DNA of 64,000 bases from contig NW_024704743.1 of the NCBI RefSeq assembly GCF_018977255.1, forward strand, positions 73,472,001-73,536,000, given 5' to 3'. Every line of letters begins with the position of its first letter. Position 1 is the stretch's first letter. Positions 13,003-25,160 of this stretch are shown here, one piece after another. A model generated the notes under the pieces. The model was not told the DNA's origin and made no database searches. It worked only from the letters and a program-made list of their open reading frames with translations. Both the position numbers and the translations under genes were made by a program. Origin of the DNA: Callorhinchus milii. Lineage: Eukaryota.

Positions 13003-14868
13003 TATAAGACCATAAGACCATAAGACGTAGGAGCAGGAGTAGGCCGTTCGGCCCCTTGAGCCTGCCCCACCATTTAATAAGATCATAGCTGATCTTCTAA
13101 CCTAACTCCATTTATCCGCCCTATCCCCATACCCCTTAATCCCTCTATCCTTTAGAAATCTATCAACTTCAGTCTTGAATATTTTCAAGGACTGAGCATC
13201 CACAGCCTTCTGGGATAGAGAATTCCACAAATTCACTACCCTCTGAGTGAAGAAATGTTTCCTCAACTCAGTTCGAAACGGCTGACCCTTAATCTTGAAA
13301 CTATGATCCCTAGTTTTAAAATCTCCAACCAGGGGAAACAGTCTCACGACATCTACCCTGTCAAGACCCTTAAGAATCTTATAGGTTTCTATAAAATCAC
13401 CTCTAATTCTTCTATATTCTAGAGAATATAGGCCTAGTTTACTCAACCTCTCCTCAAAGGTCAACCACCTCATCCCAGGAACCAACCTAGTGAATCTACA
13501 CTGCACCACGTCTAAGGTGAGTATGTCCTTTCTTAAATAAGGAGACCAAAACTGCACACAATATTCTAGGTGCGGTCTCACCAAGGCCTTATACAACTGC
13601 AGCAAGACTTCCCTACTCTTGTACTCTAACCCTTTTGCAACAAACGCCAACATGGCATTAGCCTTCCTAGTTGCTTGCTGTACCTGCATACTAACTTTTT
13701 GTGACTGGTGTACAAGGATACCCAAATGCCTCTGAACACTAACACTACCTCGACTCTCCCCTTCTAGAAAATAATCTATTTTTCTATTTTTACTGTCTAG
13801 GTGAATAACTTCACACTTCTCCAAGTTATACTCCATTGGCCACCTTCTTGCCCACTCACTTAGCCTGTCCATTTCCCTTTGCATTCTTCTTGTGTTATCC
13901 TCACAGCTTACTCTCCCACCTAGCTTCACATCATCCACGAATTTAGATATGTTAAGTTCTATTTCCTCATCTAAATCATTGATATAAACTGTAAATAATT
14001 GAGTCCCAAGCACTGGGACTTCCTCCCGACATGAAAGGCCCTCTATAAATGCAATTTTGTTGTTGTTGTTGATCCTTATGGCACTCCACTAGTCACATCC
14101 TGCCAATCTGAGAAGGACCCGTTTATCCCTACTCTCTGTTCTCTTCCTGTTAGCCACTCTCCAATCCATGCTAATATACTGCCTCTAATCTTATGCAACA
14201 GCCTTTTATGTGGCACCTTGTCGAATACCTTCTGGAAATCCAAATACACCACATCTACTGGCTCCCCCCTATCTAACCTGCTAGTTACATCCTCAAAAAA
14301 CTCTATAAGATTTGTTAAACATGATTTCCCGTTCGTAAAGCCATGCTGACTCTGCCTAATCATGTTATGATTTTCTAAGTACCCAACGACAACGCCCCTA
14401 ATTAAGGACTCTCAAATTTTCCCTTCCACTGATGTCAGATTAACTGGTCTATGTTTCCCCATTTTTTGTCTTCCATCCTTCTTAAATAGCTGTGTTATGT
14501 TTGCGACTTTACAATCAATGGGAACCATTCCAGAATCCAGGGAATTTTGGAAGATCAAAAACAAAGCATCCACTATCTCTGCAGTCACCTCTTTTAAAAC
14601 CCTAGGATGCAATCCATCAGGTCCAGGAGATTTATCGGTTTTCAATCCTATCAATTTCTCTAATACGATTGTTTTACTAATGTTCATTTCTTTAAGTTCC
14701 TCACTAACATTAGCCTCCAGATTACCCTCTATTTTCAGTAAGTTTTCAGTGTCCTCTAATGTGAAGACAGAAGCAAAATATTTGTTTAATGACTGCCCTT
14801 TCTTTATTCCCCGTTATAATTTCTCCTGTCTCTACCTCAATGGACCCACATTCACGTTTGATAGACTA
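13003..14868 (-). mobile_element. 5'-truncated CR1 LINE (RT and 3' end)
   Basis: Minus-strand ORFs 14412-14687, 14076-14363 and 13102-14013 are CR1 RT/C-terminal fragments. The (GTCTTATG)n tail is at 13003-13027. Confidence 0.93.
14014..14070 (+). mobile_element. Isolated L2 3' tail inserted into the CR1 RT
   Basis: gggacttcctcccgacatgaaaggccctctataaatgcaattttgttgttgttgtt splits the QGSVLG-encoding segment. Confidence 0.85.
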
Positions 14869-16302
14869 CAGACTAGACTACAGTAAATCCTTTGAGATGT
14901 TTGGCTGACATGAAAAGGTGCTATATCAAACACTCAGGTTTTTTTTAATATTATAAGCTTGGCTGCCGTTTTGTTATAAATTTATTAAATTGGAAATATA
15001 TGTATTTCAGGGGGAAAAAATAAATTACATTTTCCAAATTTCATTATCTTATTAATTGCATATGTACTCATGGAGCAGTGCACATAACTATTTATTGTAA
15101 TAATCCTGGCATTAGCACATTTTTTAATATTTGATAATTCTCACATTTCAGAAAAATGTGTTGGAGGGATGGGAAATCGAATGAGTGAAGTGATACTTAT
15201 CACAAGGCCAAAAAATTTGGTTAAAATGTGTCCTTAAATCCAGTCCCCTTAGGAACAAGTTTGGGATTGTGTTCCCTTCCTCCCCACCCTGCTCAGATTT
15301 CCAGAGAGAAAAAAAGAGCTTTGCTGTGCCTCATCAAGATTGTTTTTAACACAATCTTTAAAGCAATTGCTTACAAATTACTCAGTCACTGCACTTTACA
15401 ATATATTGTGTGAAGTTTTAGACATCCTGTGCTCTACCAAATGCAAGGATTATTGTTATTATTATTTATTATTAAAATGAGCAAGGAGTCCACCATTATT
15501 TCTAATCTTGGGAGCAGCCATTTAACTGTGCTTCACCACATGCTGGAACAATTTTAATTTGAAGTCCATATCAGGGTTAAATCATTGCTCTTCACTCACT
15601 AAAACAAACATGCTCTTGATATTTAACCTTCAGCAGGGCAAGTCAAAACCATTCTATCAAAGTTGTGAGCCTGGGGCGAGGGGAAGGGGGGGTGGGTGAA
15701 GAGAGATTGTTTACTCCGAAACCTGTTAAAAATCTTAAAAATGGGTTTTAGGAGAGATTTTAACTGTATTTTCTGCCCTTGTGTTAATTAGCACATCACA
15801 TGCTGATTTTCCGGCTCCTCCCCCCACCCCGATTTTAAATAATAAATAATATATTGATGCTTGAAGGTTTTTTTTAACTCTTTATTTTATTACTTACAAC
15901 CAATGTTTTGTATGGTTTATTGCCCACTGTCCTGTTTTGTCTTCCCTGTGGCTGCTCTCCAATATGTATTCTAAAAAGACAATGAACGTCAGCAGCATGT
16001 TGCCTTTTGATATTCCTCAGTGCAGTTCTTACATTTCCTGGGATATAATGTCATACCTGTTGCCCTTTTATCCCACTGGGTCTTGCTTGCATTAATATAT
16101 TCAGGCTAAAGGTAGTTTGCCATTTGAAATGTATAATTTACTCCACAAATGTGTTGCAATTGCATACTTTTCTAATTGCCCATTGAAAGTATGGTACTTC
16201 TACAATATAACGCAAATAGGCTTGCACATGTTCTGTATCCTCAACTAAGCAGCATTGTCAAAGCGATGAGCTGAGCCAAGCTTGCTATTGAATGGGCAAA
16301 GT

Positions 16303-16700
16303 TGTCAGCTTGGCTCTGTTGGTAGCTTTCTTGCCTCTGATTTTGGGAGTTGTGGGTTCAAGCCACATGTTGGGACTTGAATACACACTCCAGTCCAGTA
16401 CTGCAAGATACCTGCATTGTTCGAGAACCCATCCTTCAGATAAGGCATTCATCTGAGAATGTCAATTTTATCAATCTTCAGGAATGATAAAAGATAACCA
16501 TGAAATTATGTGAAAAAAAGACAGTTTCTTCCAATTTCCTCATCAGATTCATTTAATTGTTCATCTTACAGGTGTTTGTGGAAAGTTGATGTGAGCAAAA
16601 TGGCTACCAAAAAACAGTCACTACACTTCGCAGGAATTGCCTGTGAAGCATTTTCAGATATTGTGACGCAATTAAGTGCTGTAAAATGCAAGTTTTCTTT
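16303..16700 (+). mobile_element. Deu-SINE, full length, decayed
   Basis: Head gtcagcttggctctgttggtagc..gtgggttcaagcc, core ccttcagataagg, tail gtgaagcattttcag..gtgctgtaaaatgcaag. Confidence 0.65.
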
Positions 16701-18369
16701 CCTTCATTGTTATTGTACACCATCAGCACTGATTCATAATAAATCACAATGAGAATCGCTTTAAAATAATAATTTTATACAGGCAGTCACTGCACTTTAC
16801 AGTATACACTATACAACGATTTGAGATGTCCTCCTGACATGAAAGGCACTATATCAATTAAAATATTATTTATTATATTATATTATGTTTAGTCTAGCAT
16901 CAATGATGCTGAGTTTATGTGTGGCGTAACCTTTAGGGTACTGACTCCTGTCTCTGTTTGGTGACTGGTTTGCTAGGTTTTCAATGAGTGCTCCATTCTG
17001 GAAGGTGGAAGCCCTTTTTTTAAGAAAGACGAGGTCTGTTTTTTGCGGCTGGTCGCTAGCTAAAAGCTTGGCCTACAAATTGATAGGGTTTCATCACAGG
17101 AAAAAAAAGAACAGAAATTTTAGCATCAGAACCATGCAGAGCCACGACTGCAAACACATGTCATCAGCACCGTGAGGACGATCTAACCCCAATCTGAACA
17201 CAATCTAAAGGTTGGAGGCACAAGATATCAAACAATGTGGCTTTCTGAAGCCAATCATAGCCAGAGCTCAATCATTAGTCATTTTCTAAATGGATGATTT
17301 TGGTGCACTAAAAATTATTCTGTGTCTGGAATGGAATGCGCACTCTCCCTTAAGTACACACCCTGCTTACCTCACGCCAAAGAGTATTAGGCACCGGTTG
17401 CCAATGCTTGGGGAGTGTGTGTTGGTGTGCTGCTGGAATTTAACCAATTAAAACCACACAGATGTGGTTTAAGCCACTAAAATTACTTTTTACTGCTTGA
17501 AGTGTCATCTGCCACCCCTTGGTAAATATCTTTTCATTTTCCTTCCATCTCGGATTATTCTATTGATTTTTGTAACTTTCAGCAATATGTCCCACTGTTC
17601 TGATAAAGCTGAAATGGGAGGAGAAAGAATCCTTTTCTTTGTCGCCAAATAACAAGTGCAAATAGTCTTTTCCTGCCAGGAAGCAGAATGCATTAGTTCA
17701 GTTTCTCTTCCAAGACCAAGCTCCTGGATGTAAGAGGATCTTATATCCCTAATGTTACCAGGGTGTATTTGAGCAATCCCCAATACGTTTGCAGTACTGA
17801 GCATTTCCTAGCATAGCTGCCCTTCCTCCTTATATCTCTTATCTTATTTGATTATGAAAAATCCCTGGATTTCAGCACCCTGGGAGTTAAATAAGATATG
17901 CATTATCTTAAATTGAATGTGATGAACTGAGGTCATTCTGGCTTATGTCATTCCATAACTTTAAAATAGTTGTTCAAATTGCTTCTAGCATTATTAATGT
18001 CTTAATAGTGAATTCAGTCAGGAGCAGAGGCAGGGGAACGAGGGGCGAAGCCGAGACCTAGCAGTGGGCATAAAAGCCAAAGCAAGGAGAGCAGTCAGCC
18101 AGTCAGGAGCAGAGGCAGGAGAGAGATAAAAAAAACAAGCAACCAGCGGGAAAATTAAAAAGTGACGTCAAAGCGACGTCACAATCAAAACATTCTGAAA
18201 GAGTAAACTAACAGCTAATACTAACTACTAACAGTAAACTAACACTAACTACTAATTAACAACACCAAAAATAAAATAAATTTTAAAAAAAGAATAATTA
18301 AGAATTTAACTTTTAAAAAGTAATAATTAAGTAAAATTTTAATTCACAGTGGCGGTGGGAGAAGTGACA

Positions 18370-20110
18370 ATGGCGTGGCAGGTGTTGTGTGAGGACTGTA
18401 ACGTGGGAGTTGCTGAAGGGCAGTCTGAGCCTGGGCGACCACATCTGCAGCAAATGTCTGCAACTGAGACAGCTCCAGCTCAGAGTGTCTGAGCTGGAAT
18501 CCGAGGTGCAGACATTGCACAGCATCGGGACAGTGAGTGCTTCCTGGATAGTTTCATCCTGGAGCCAGTCACTCCCCTGAGGCTCAGGGAATGTATAGAT
18601 AATAGTATCAGTCAAGGACAAGATAGGGTGTCTGACAGGCAGGAGGTTAAGGGAACACCAGAGAGAGTGATAGTGAAGCCTCAGGCTTTAACTTTGGCCA
18701 ACAAATACGAGATCCTGGACAAGGAAGCCTGTGAGGAGGATGGAAAACATGATTCCAATATTATAATAATAATAATCCTTGCATTTGATATAGGGCTTTT
18801 CACGTCTTCTAGACGTCTCAAAGCGCTTCACAGAATACACTGTAAAGTGAATTGACTGTATATTTGTGGGCGAATCGCGGGAGCCAATTGCGCACAGCAG
18901 TGTCCCACAAACAGTCGTGGATTGAAAATGACCAATTTTTTTTTTGAGGGATTATTATTAGGCGTGTGGAGTAAGGAAACTTGCCCAAGGTTTCGCCCTC
19001 TGCCTGGAATTGAACTCAGGTCTCTCGCTTGCAAAGCGAGTGCCCTAACCACTGAGCTACAGGACTCCACTATCTATTTGGAATAGATTATAAATAAACC
19101 TGGTGAATTATTGGTTTTCTGTGTCCTAATCACCTCTTTTGTGAAGTGGGCATTTAAAAGCAAGTAAATCTTACAAAACAGGTTGTCATTCTTTATATGA
19201 CGTCTTCTGCAACATGAGCACCATTTTCTCCTAGTATAGGTTGTACTATTTTTCTTAATTATATTAGTTGGACAAATGAAAAAAATTCTTGCGTAAATTA
19301 ACTATATAGTTTATACAAATAACCAATATGCTTGGCCAATGTCACTGAAATGCATAAACATATCCCCAGGAATTTGCAAATTCTCCTTAGTCCCATTGTT
19401 GGTCTGCAACTGCCTGAGAACCTATGGAATATGCAGCTTTATATTAAATATAAAAATTAATACAATGATTGTGGCCCTGCCTGCTTGTCAGAGATGCTAT
19501 CTATACATGTACTTATTTCAAACTTAGTTTACATAGCACTCATAATCTACCCAAAATGAATGACTGCAAAGTTGGTCAAATGATTGTAACATTCATAAAG
19601 AAAAAAAGGGGAAACAAACAGAAAGTTGTAGAACTGGGGGCGAGACTATCAGGCGGACAGACACACTTATCTGCAGCCGCAACCAAGGAGACCCGAAGGC
19701 TCAGTTGCCTTCCTGAGGTCAGGGTGAAGGACGTCTCGGCAGGGCTGGAGGAGGTTCCATTGGTGGTACTTCACATAAGTACCAATGACATAGGTAGGAT
19801 TAGTTATGATGATTTGAGGAGGGAGTTCAAGGAGTTGGGAACTAAATTAAAACAAAGAACATCAAAAGTAGTGATATCAGGATTTCTGAATTTGACATGT
19901 GCAAATTGGTACAGGAATAAGCAAATTAGAAAGTTAAATGCATGGCTGAGGGAGTGGTGCGGAACGCGGGGGTTTCATTTTATGGGCCACTGGCACCAGT
20001 ATTGGGGGAAAAGAGGTCTATTTCAAAAAGATGGGCTCCACCTAAATCGTGCTGGGACAGATGTCCTAGCAAACCAAATACATAGGGAGGTTAATAAAGC
20101 TTTAAACTAG
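18370..20110 (+). pseudogene. CR1 ORF1 (N-terminal zinc finger/leucine zipper plus SGNH/GDSL esterase domain), frameshifted and interrupted
   Basis: CEDC...HICSKCLQLRQLQLRVSELE near the ATG at 18370. Esterase blocks VVLHISTNDIG (GxND-like) and DGLHLNRAG (DxxH) lie in 19469-20110. Confidence 0.85.
18763..19070 (-). mobile_element. tRNA(Ala)-derived SINE with L2-like tail
   Basis: Head gtggagtcctgTAGCTCAGTGGttag...ctcgc-tttgcaa-gcgag (TGC anticodon loop)...GAGTTCAATTCC (A and B boxes), then accttgggcaagtt. Ends in a hairpin tail and (TTA)n. Confidence 0.88.
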
Positions 20111-20173
20111 TAAAGGGGTGGGGGGGATATAATTAGAAATAATCGCAAGCCAGCAATATTAACAAAACTAAAG

Positions 20174-23016
20174 ATGGCAGAACAGAATAGCAAGAGAGAT
20201 AAGCAGAATAGGTCAAAGAGGGGTAAGAAGCTCAGTAAAGAAGATGGGGCATCAGAGAGTATGGGAAATGGTAAGAAATTCAAATCGCTATATCCGAATG
20301 CACGAAGCATTCAGAATAAGATAGATGAATTAGAGGCACAGATAGATACAAACAGTATGATCTAGTAGCCATTACTGAGACATGGTTACAGGGAGATCTA
20401 GGATGGGAGTTAAATATTCCGGGGTTTTCAGCTTATAGGAAGGATAGACAATGTGGAAAACGAGGCGTGAAGAATGGAATAAAAGCAGTCGAGAGGAAGA
20501 ATTTCAAATCAGATAATCAGGACGGAGAGACAGTATGGGTAGAATTACGAAATAACAAGGGGCAGAAAACATTAGTGGGAGTAGTTTATAGATCCCCAAA
20601 CAGTGTTCACAGCATAGCGCAGGGTATTAATCAAGAAATTAGAGGAGCATGTAGCAAAGGTAATACAGTAATAGTGGGTGATTTCAATCTTCACAAAGAT
20701 TGGAAAAACCAAATCAGCAAAAGTATGGTAGAGGAGGAGTTTATAGAATGTATGAGAGATAGCTTTCTGGAACAGTAGCTGAGGAACCAACTCGGGGACA
20801 GGCCATCCTAGAACTTGTTTTGTGTAACGAAACAGGGCTAGTCGGAAATATAGATATTAATGCTCCTCTAATGCAGAGTGATCATAACATGATAGAATTT
20901 AGTATTAAGTTAGAGAGCGATGTAGTCAAATCCGAAGCAAGGGTCTTAAATTTAAATAAAGCTAACTTAGCTAAAATAGACTGGGGAATTAGATTAATGG
21001 ATATGACAATAGATCAACAATGGCAAACTTTTAAAGATGTGGTGCATAATTCTCAGCGGTCACATATTCCCTTGAGGAATAAGAGTACCGCAGGGAAAGC
21101 AATTCATCCGTGGCTAACTAGAGCAGTAAAACTGCCCAAAAAAAAGCAAACCTGAGGACTGGGAGTGTTTTAGGGACCAACAAAGGAAAACCAAAAAGCT
21201 CATTAAGAATGAGAAAATGGATTATGAGGGCAAGCTAGCTAGGAACATTAAGACAGGTTGTAAGAGTTTTTATCAATACATTAAGTGGAATAGGCTAGCA
21301 AAAGTAAATGTGGGTCCATTACAGGCAGAGACAGGAGGAATTATACTGGGGGTTAAGGATATGGCAGAATCCCTAAATAAATACTTTGCTTCTGTCTTTA
21401 CGTTAGAAGACAAAAGAAGTTTACCAGAAATAAAGATGAACCAAGGGGCTAATGATAGGCAGCAACTTAGGGGAATTTACATTAGCAAAGAAGTGGTGCT
21501 AGGGAAATTGTTGACATTAAAAAGTGACAAGTCCCCTGGATCTGATGGTTTGCATCCTAGGGTTTTAAAAGAGGTAGCTCATGAGATAGTGGAGGCCTTG
21601 TGTCTGATCTTCCAAAATTCTTTGGATTCTGGAACGGTTCCCATTGATTGGAAGATCGCAAACGTCACACCACTATTTAAGAAGGGTGGGAGAGAAAAGA
21701 TGGGGAACTATAGACCAGTTAGTCTGACATCGGTGGTAGGGAAAATTCTAGAATCCTTAATTAAGGATGTCGTAGTGGGATATTTAGAGGATCACAATAT
21801 GATTAGACAGAGTCAACATGGCTTTACAAAAGGGAAGTCATGCTTAACAAATCTTTTAGATTTTTTTGAGGACATATCAAGTAGATTAGATAGGGGGGAA
21901 TCAGTGAATATAGTGTATTTAAATTTCCAAAAGGCATTCGATAAGGTGCCGCATAAAAGGTTGATCCACAAGATTAGGGCCCATGGAATTAAGGGGAATA
22001 TATTAGCATGGATTGAAGAATGGCTAACGGGAAGAAAACAAAGAGTAGGGATAAATGGGTCCTTCTCAGATTGGCGGAATGTGACTAGTGGAGTGCTACA
22101 AGGATCAGTGCTTGGGCCTCAACTATTTCCAATCTACGTCAACGATCTAGATGAGGACATCGATCTTAATATATCCAAATTCGCAGATGACACTAAACTA
22201 GGAGGGAGAGTAAACACTGAGGATGACATTAAAAAAATGCAACGAGATATAGATAGGCTAGGTGAGTGGGCAAATAGGTGGCAGATGAAGTATAATGTAG
22301 GGAAGTGTGAAGTCATCCACCTCGGTGGCAAAAACAGTAGAGCAGATTATATTTAGAAGGGGAGAGACTGATAGTGTTAGCGTTCAGAGGGACTTGGGTG
22401 TCCTTGTACACCATTCACAAAAAGTTAGTGTGCAGGTACAGCAAGCAACTAGGAAGGCTAACAGTATGTTGGCATTTGTTACAAAAGGGTTAGAATATAA
22501 GAGTAGGGAAGTCTTGCTGCAACTGTATAGGGCCCTGGTGAGACCGCACCTAAAGTATTGTGTGCAGTTTTTGGTCTCCTTATTTAAGAAAGGATGTACT
22601 CGCCTTGGAGGGGTTACAACGTAGATTCACTAGGTTGGTACCTGGGATGAGGGGGATGAGTTATGAGGATAGGTTGAGCAATTTAGGCCTATCTTCTCTA
22701 GAATATAGAAGAATGAGGTGATCTTATAGAAACCTGTAAGATTCTTAAGGGTCTTGACAAGGTAGATGTCATGAGACTGTTTCCCCTGGTTGGAGAAACT
22801 ATAACCAGGGGTCACAGTCTTCAAATTAGGGGTAAGCCTTTTGCACTGAGTTGTGGAAAAACTTTTTCACTCAGAGGGTAGTGAATTTATGGAATTCTCT
22901 ACCCCAAAAGGCTGTAGATGCTCAGTCCTTGAACATATTCAAGACTGAGATTGATAGATTTCTTGTGGATAAAGGGATGAAGGGATATGGGGTTTAAGGC
23001 GGGTGGGTGGAGTTAG
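20174..23016 (+). pseudogene. CR1 ORF2 (APE endonuclease plus reverse transcriptase), multiple frameshifts and stops
   Basis: APE motifs NARSI, AITETWL, VGVVYRSP, VGDFN and SDHNMIEF. RT motifs KSPGSDG, NYRPVSLTS, KAFDKVPH, QGSVLGP and FADDTKL. C-terminal LYRALVRPHLKYCVQF. Confidence 0.92.
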
Positions 23017-24792
23017 AATAGATCAGCCATGATCTTATTGAATGGCGGGGCAGGCTCGAGGGGCCGAATGGCCAACTTCTGCTCCTAATTCTTATGTTAT
23101 TATGAATTAGCAGTGAGGCAGAAATTGGGTCTTATACTTGTTCTTTCACAGGAGCTGCTTTAGTGGTGTGACTGGAGGTGAAATGGGTTCTGACCCAATT
23201 CTTTTTGTCATTACATTCTTCTGAATGACTATTTTATTGATTTCCATCCTCTGGAGATTACCCTATCCCCTGAGGAGTGCTGTTAGGCTGAAGGTTTCAT
23301 ATTCAGGGGAATGCACACAATTACATGTCTGTTCAGGCAGTCTGGTCTCATTGGTTACAGCTCAAATATATAATGCTGAGGTACAATCCCCATGAGACAC
23401 ATCTCAGGTTCATGTAAAGCTAGTACAGCCAATCCTGGTTTTCTCCTCAATGGTCCAGATGACCATATGCCTCATTTCATCACCACTTATACCCTATAAC
23501 TTCTAATATCCAGGTAATCCAATTTCAGCCATCTCAATATTATGCTGCACCAATAATATTCGATCAGAATTTGTTTTGTTAGTCACATCCTCTTGCTTCT
23601 GAGAGCATAATTTGGTCCATCGGATTGCCAACAAAAGGCATTGATGTTGCATCAATTCATTCCTTCAAAAAAGAACATCTGACTGAGATGAACTAATATT
23701 TCAACACTGGTGAATCAGGAGCGGGTGGGGGAGCAGTAGTGTCACTGATGTGTGGGGAATGTGCAGAAAGACTGAGTTTGCCCAGTGGAGGAGAAAAGTA
23801 GAAAAGTTGAGGTTGGAGAAGACCACAAAGTTAGAGTGGTTCAAGGGCATGAGAAGATTTAATAATAATAATCCTTGCATTGGATATAGGGCCTTAGCAA
23901 ATTATTGAGAAGTCTAAAAGGGCTTCACAGAATATAACAACAATTTGCACTTAAAAAGTGCCTTACATGCAGGGTAGATTCTCAAAGCGCTTAAATATAC
24001 TGTAAAGTGAATTGACTGTAAAGTGAAATGCCCACAAATTTGTGGGTGAGGACCTGAAAGACTGAGAAGCAAGGAGACAGTGGAGCTTGGTGAAGATAGG
24101 AGTGATGGGCAGCCAATTTTTGTACAGGTACAGATGAGGACAGTGGAGTGTTCAATGAGTTAGAACATGTAGATGGTGGAGATGGGGGTGCACATGTGAT
24201 GTGATAATTTTCACAGGTGTTAATACCAGCAACATCTCAGAGTTTAAATATAATTGTTTATCAGTCCCTATGAGTTTAGTTACATTGCAAAATCCACAAT
24301 GCACCACTTTTAAAACTGGTAGAGAATTTGCATTAGTCATTTCCATTGCAGAACTGGGGACGCTGCTGATTTCTCAAGTCCCGGGCAGGGCTCACTGAGA
24401 GCAAGATAACAAGTGTCTGTATATTCATCAATGTATTGTGAAACCTCCTTGGGTCAGGGAGAATGAGTTATAAAAAGGTTTTCTCATTAAAGCTAGAAGA
24501 CTTCAAGTGACTGCTATCGCACATTGCAACTAAATTAATTCTCAGTCAAACTTTAATGAAAAGCTTCTCACCTCCACAGAATGTACCTTCTGAACAAAAA
24601 TTAAACATGTATGAAAAATAGTAAAGGGGTTATCAGAGGAATATAAAAAGGAGATCTACTAAAGCAATGTATCACTGCTGAATACAGTATTATCGTATTG
24701 GAATTTTGGCTAGACTTGGTTTGATCACTTACAGGACACAACTTTATTATTATTTACTTACTTGTTTAAGTCAGTCAGTTCTGGGAGGTTCT

Positions 24793-25160
24793 GTGGAGTC
24801 CGTAGCTCTGTGGTTAGAGCACTCACGTAGCAAGCCAGAGGACCTGGGTTTGATTTCCAGGCACGGGCGAAATGTTGGGCCAGTTTCCTTACTCCACACA
24901 CCTGTTTACCTACCAGTAAGTAAGAACCCGGTTGTTAGTCGATTGGCGGATCACCTTTCTGGGGGTAGTAATCCCTTCAAAATAATAATTATAATAATTT
25001 GGGAGCTCAATCCACAACTGTTCATGGGACTCTGCTGTGCGTAATTGGCTGCTGCGTTTCACCCACAAAAATATAGTCAATTCACTTTACAATATATTCT
25101 AATATATTCTAGAAGACGTGATAAGACGCTATATTAAATCCAAGAATTATTATTATTATT
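24793..25160 (+). mobile_element. tRNA-derived SINE, same family as 18763-19070
   Basis: Same head (gtggagtccgtagctctgtggttag), body and tail ending attattattatt. Confidence 0.85.

Larger units (their letters stand above)
12790..14935 (+). mobile_element. Deu-SINE split by the minus-strand CR1
   Basis: Core and start of tail at 12790-13002. The rest of the tail (cagtaaatcctttgagatg...ggtgctatatcaaa) resumes at about 14878. Confidence 0.65.
18016..23104 (+). mobile_element. Near-full-length CR1 LINE, decayed, interrupted at about 18763-19580
   Basis: Contains a 5' UTR with a direct repeat (agtcaggagcagaggcagg at 18016 and 18101), ORF1, ORF2, and the CR1 3' end ...gggccgaatggccaacttctgctcctaattcttatgttattatg. 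Possible short TSD TGAATT at 18009 and 23103. Confidence 0.93.

Noticed and set aside
19030..19070. tRNA-Ala-like sequence (also at 24793 and 51750)
   Set aside because: These are SINE heads continuing into SINE body and tail, not stand-alone tRNA genes.
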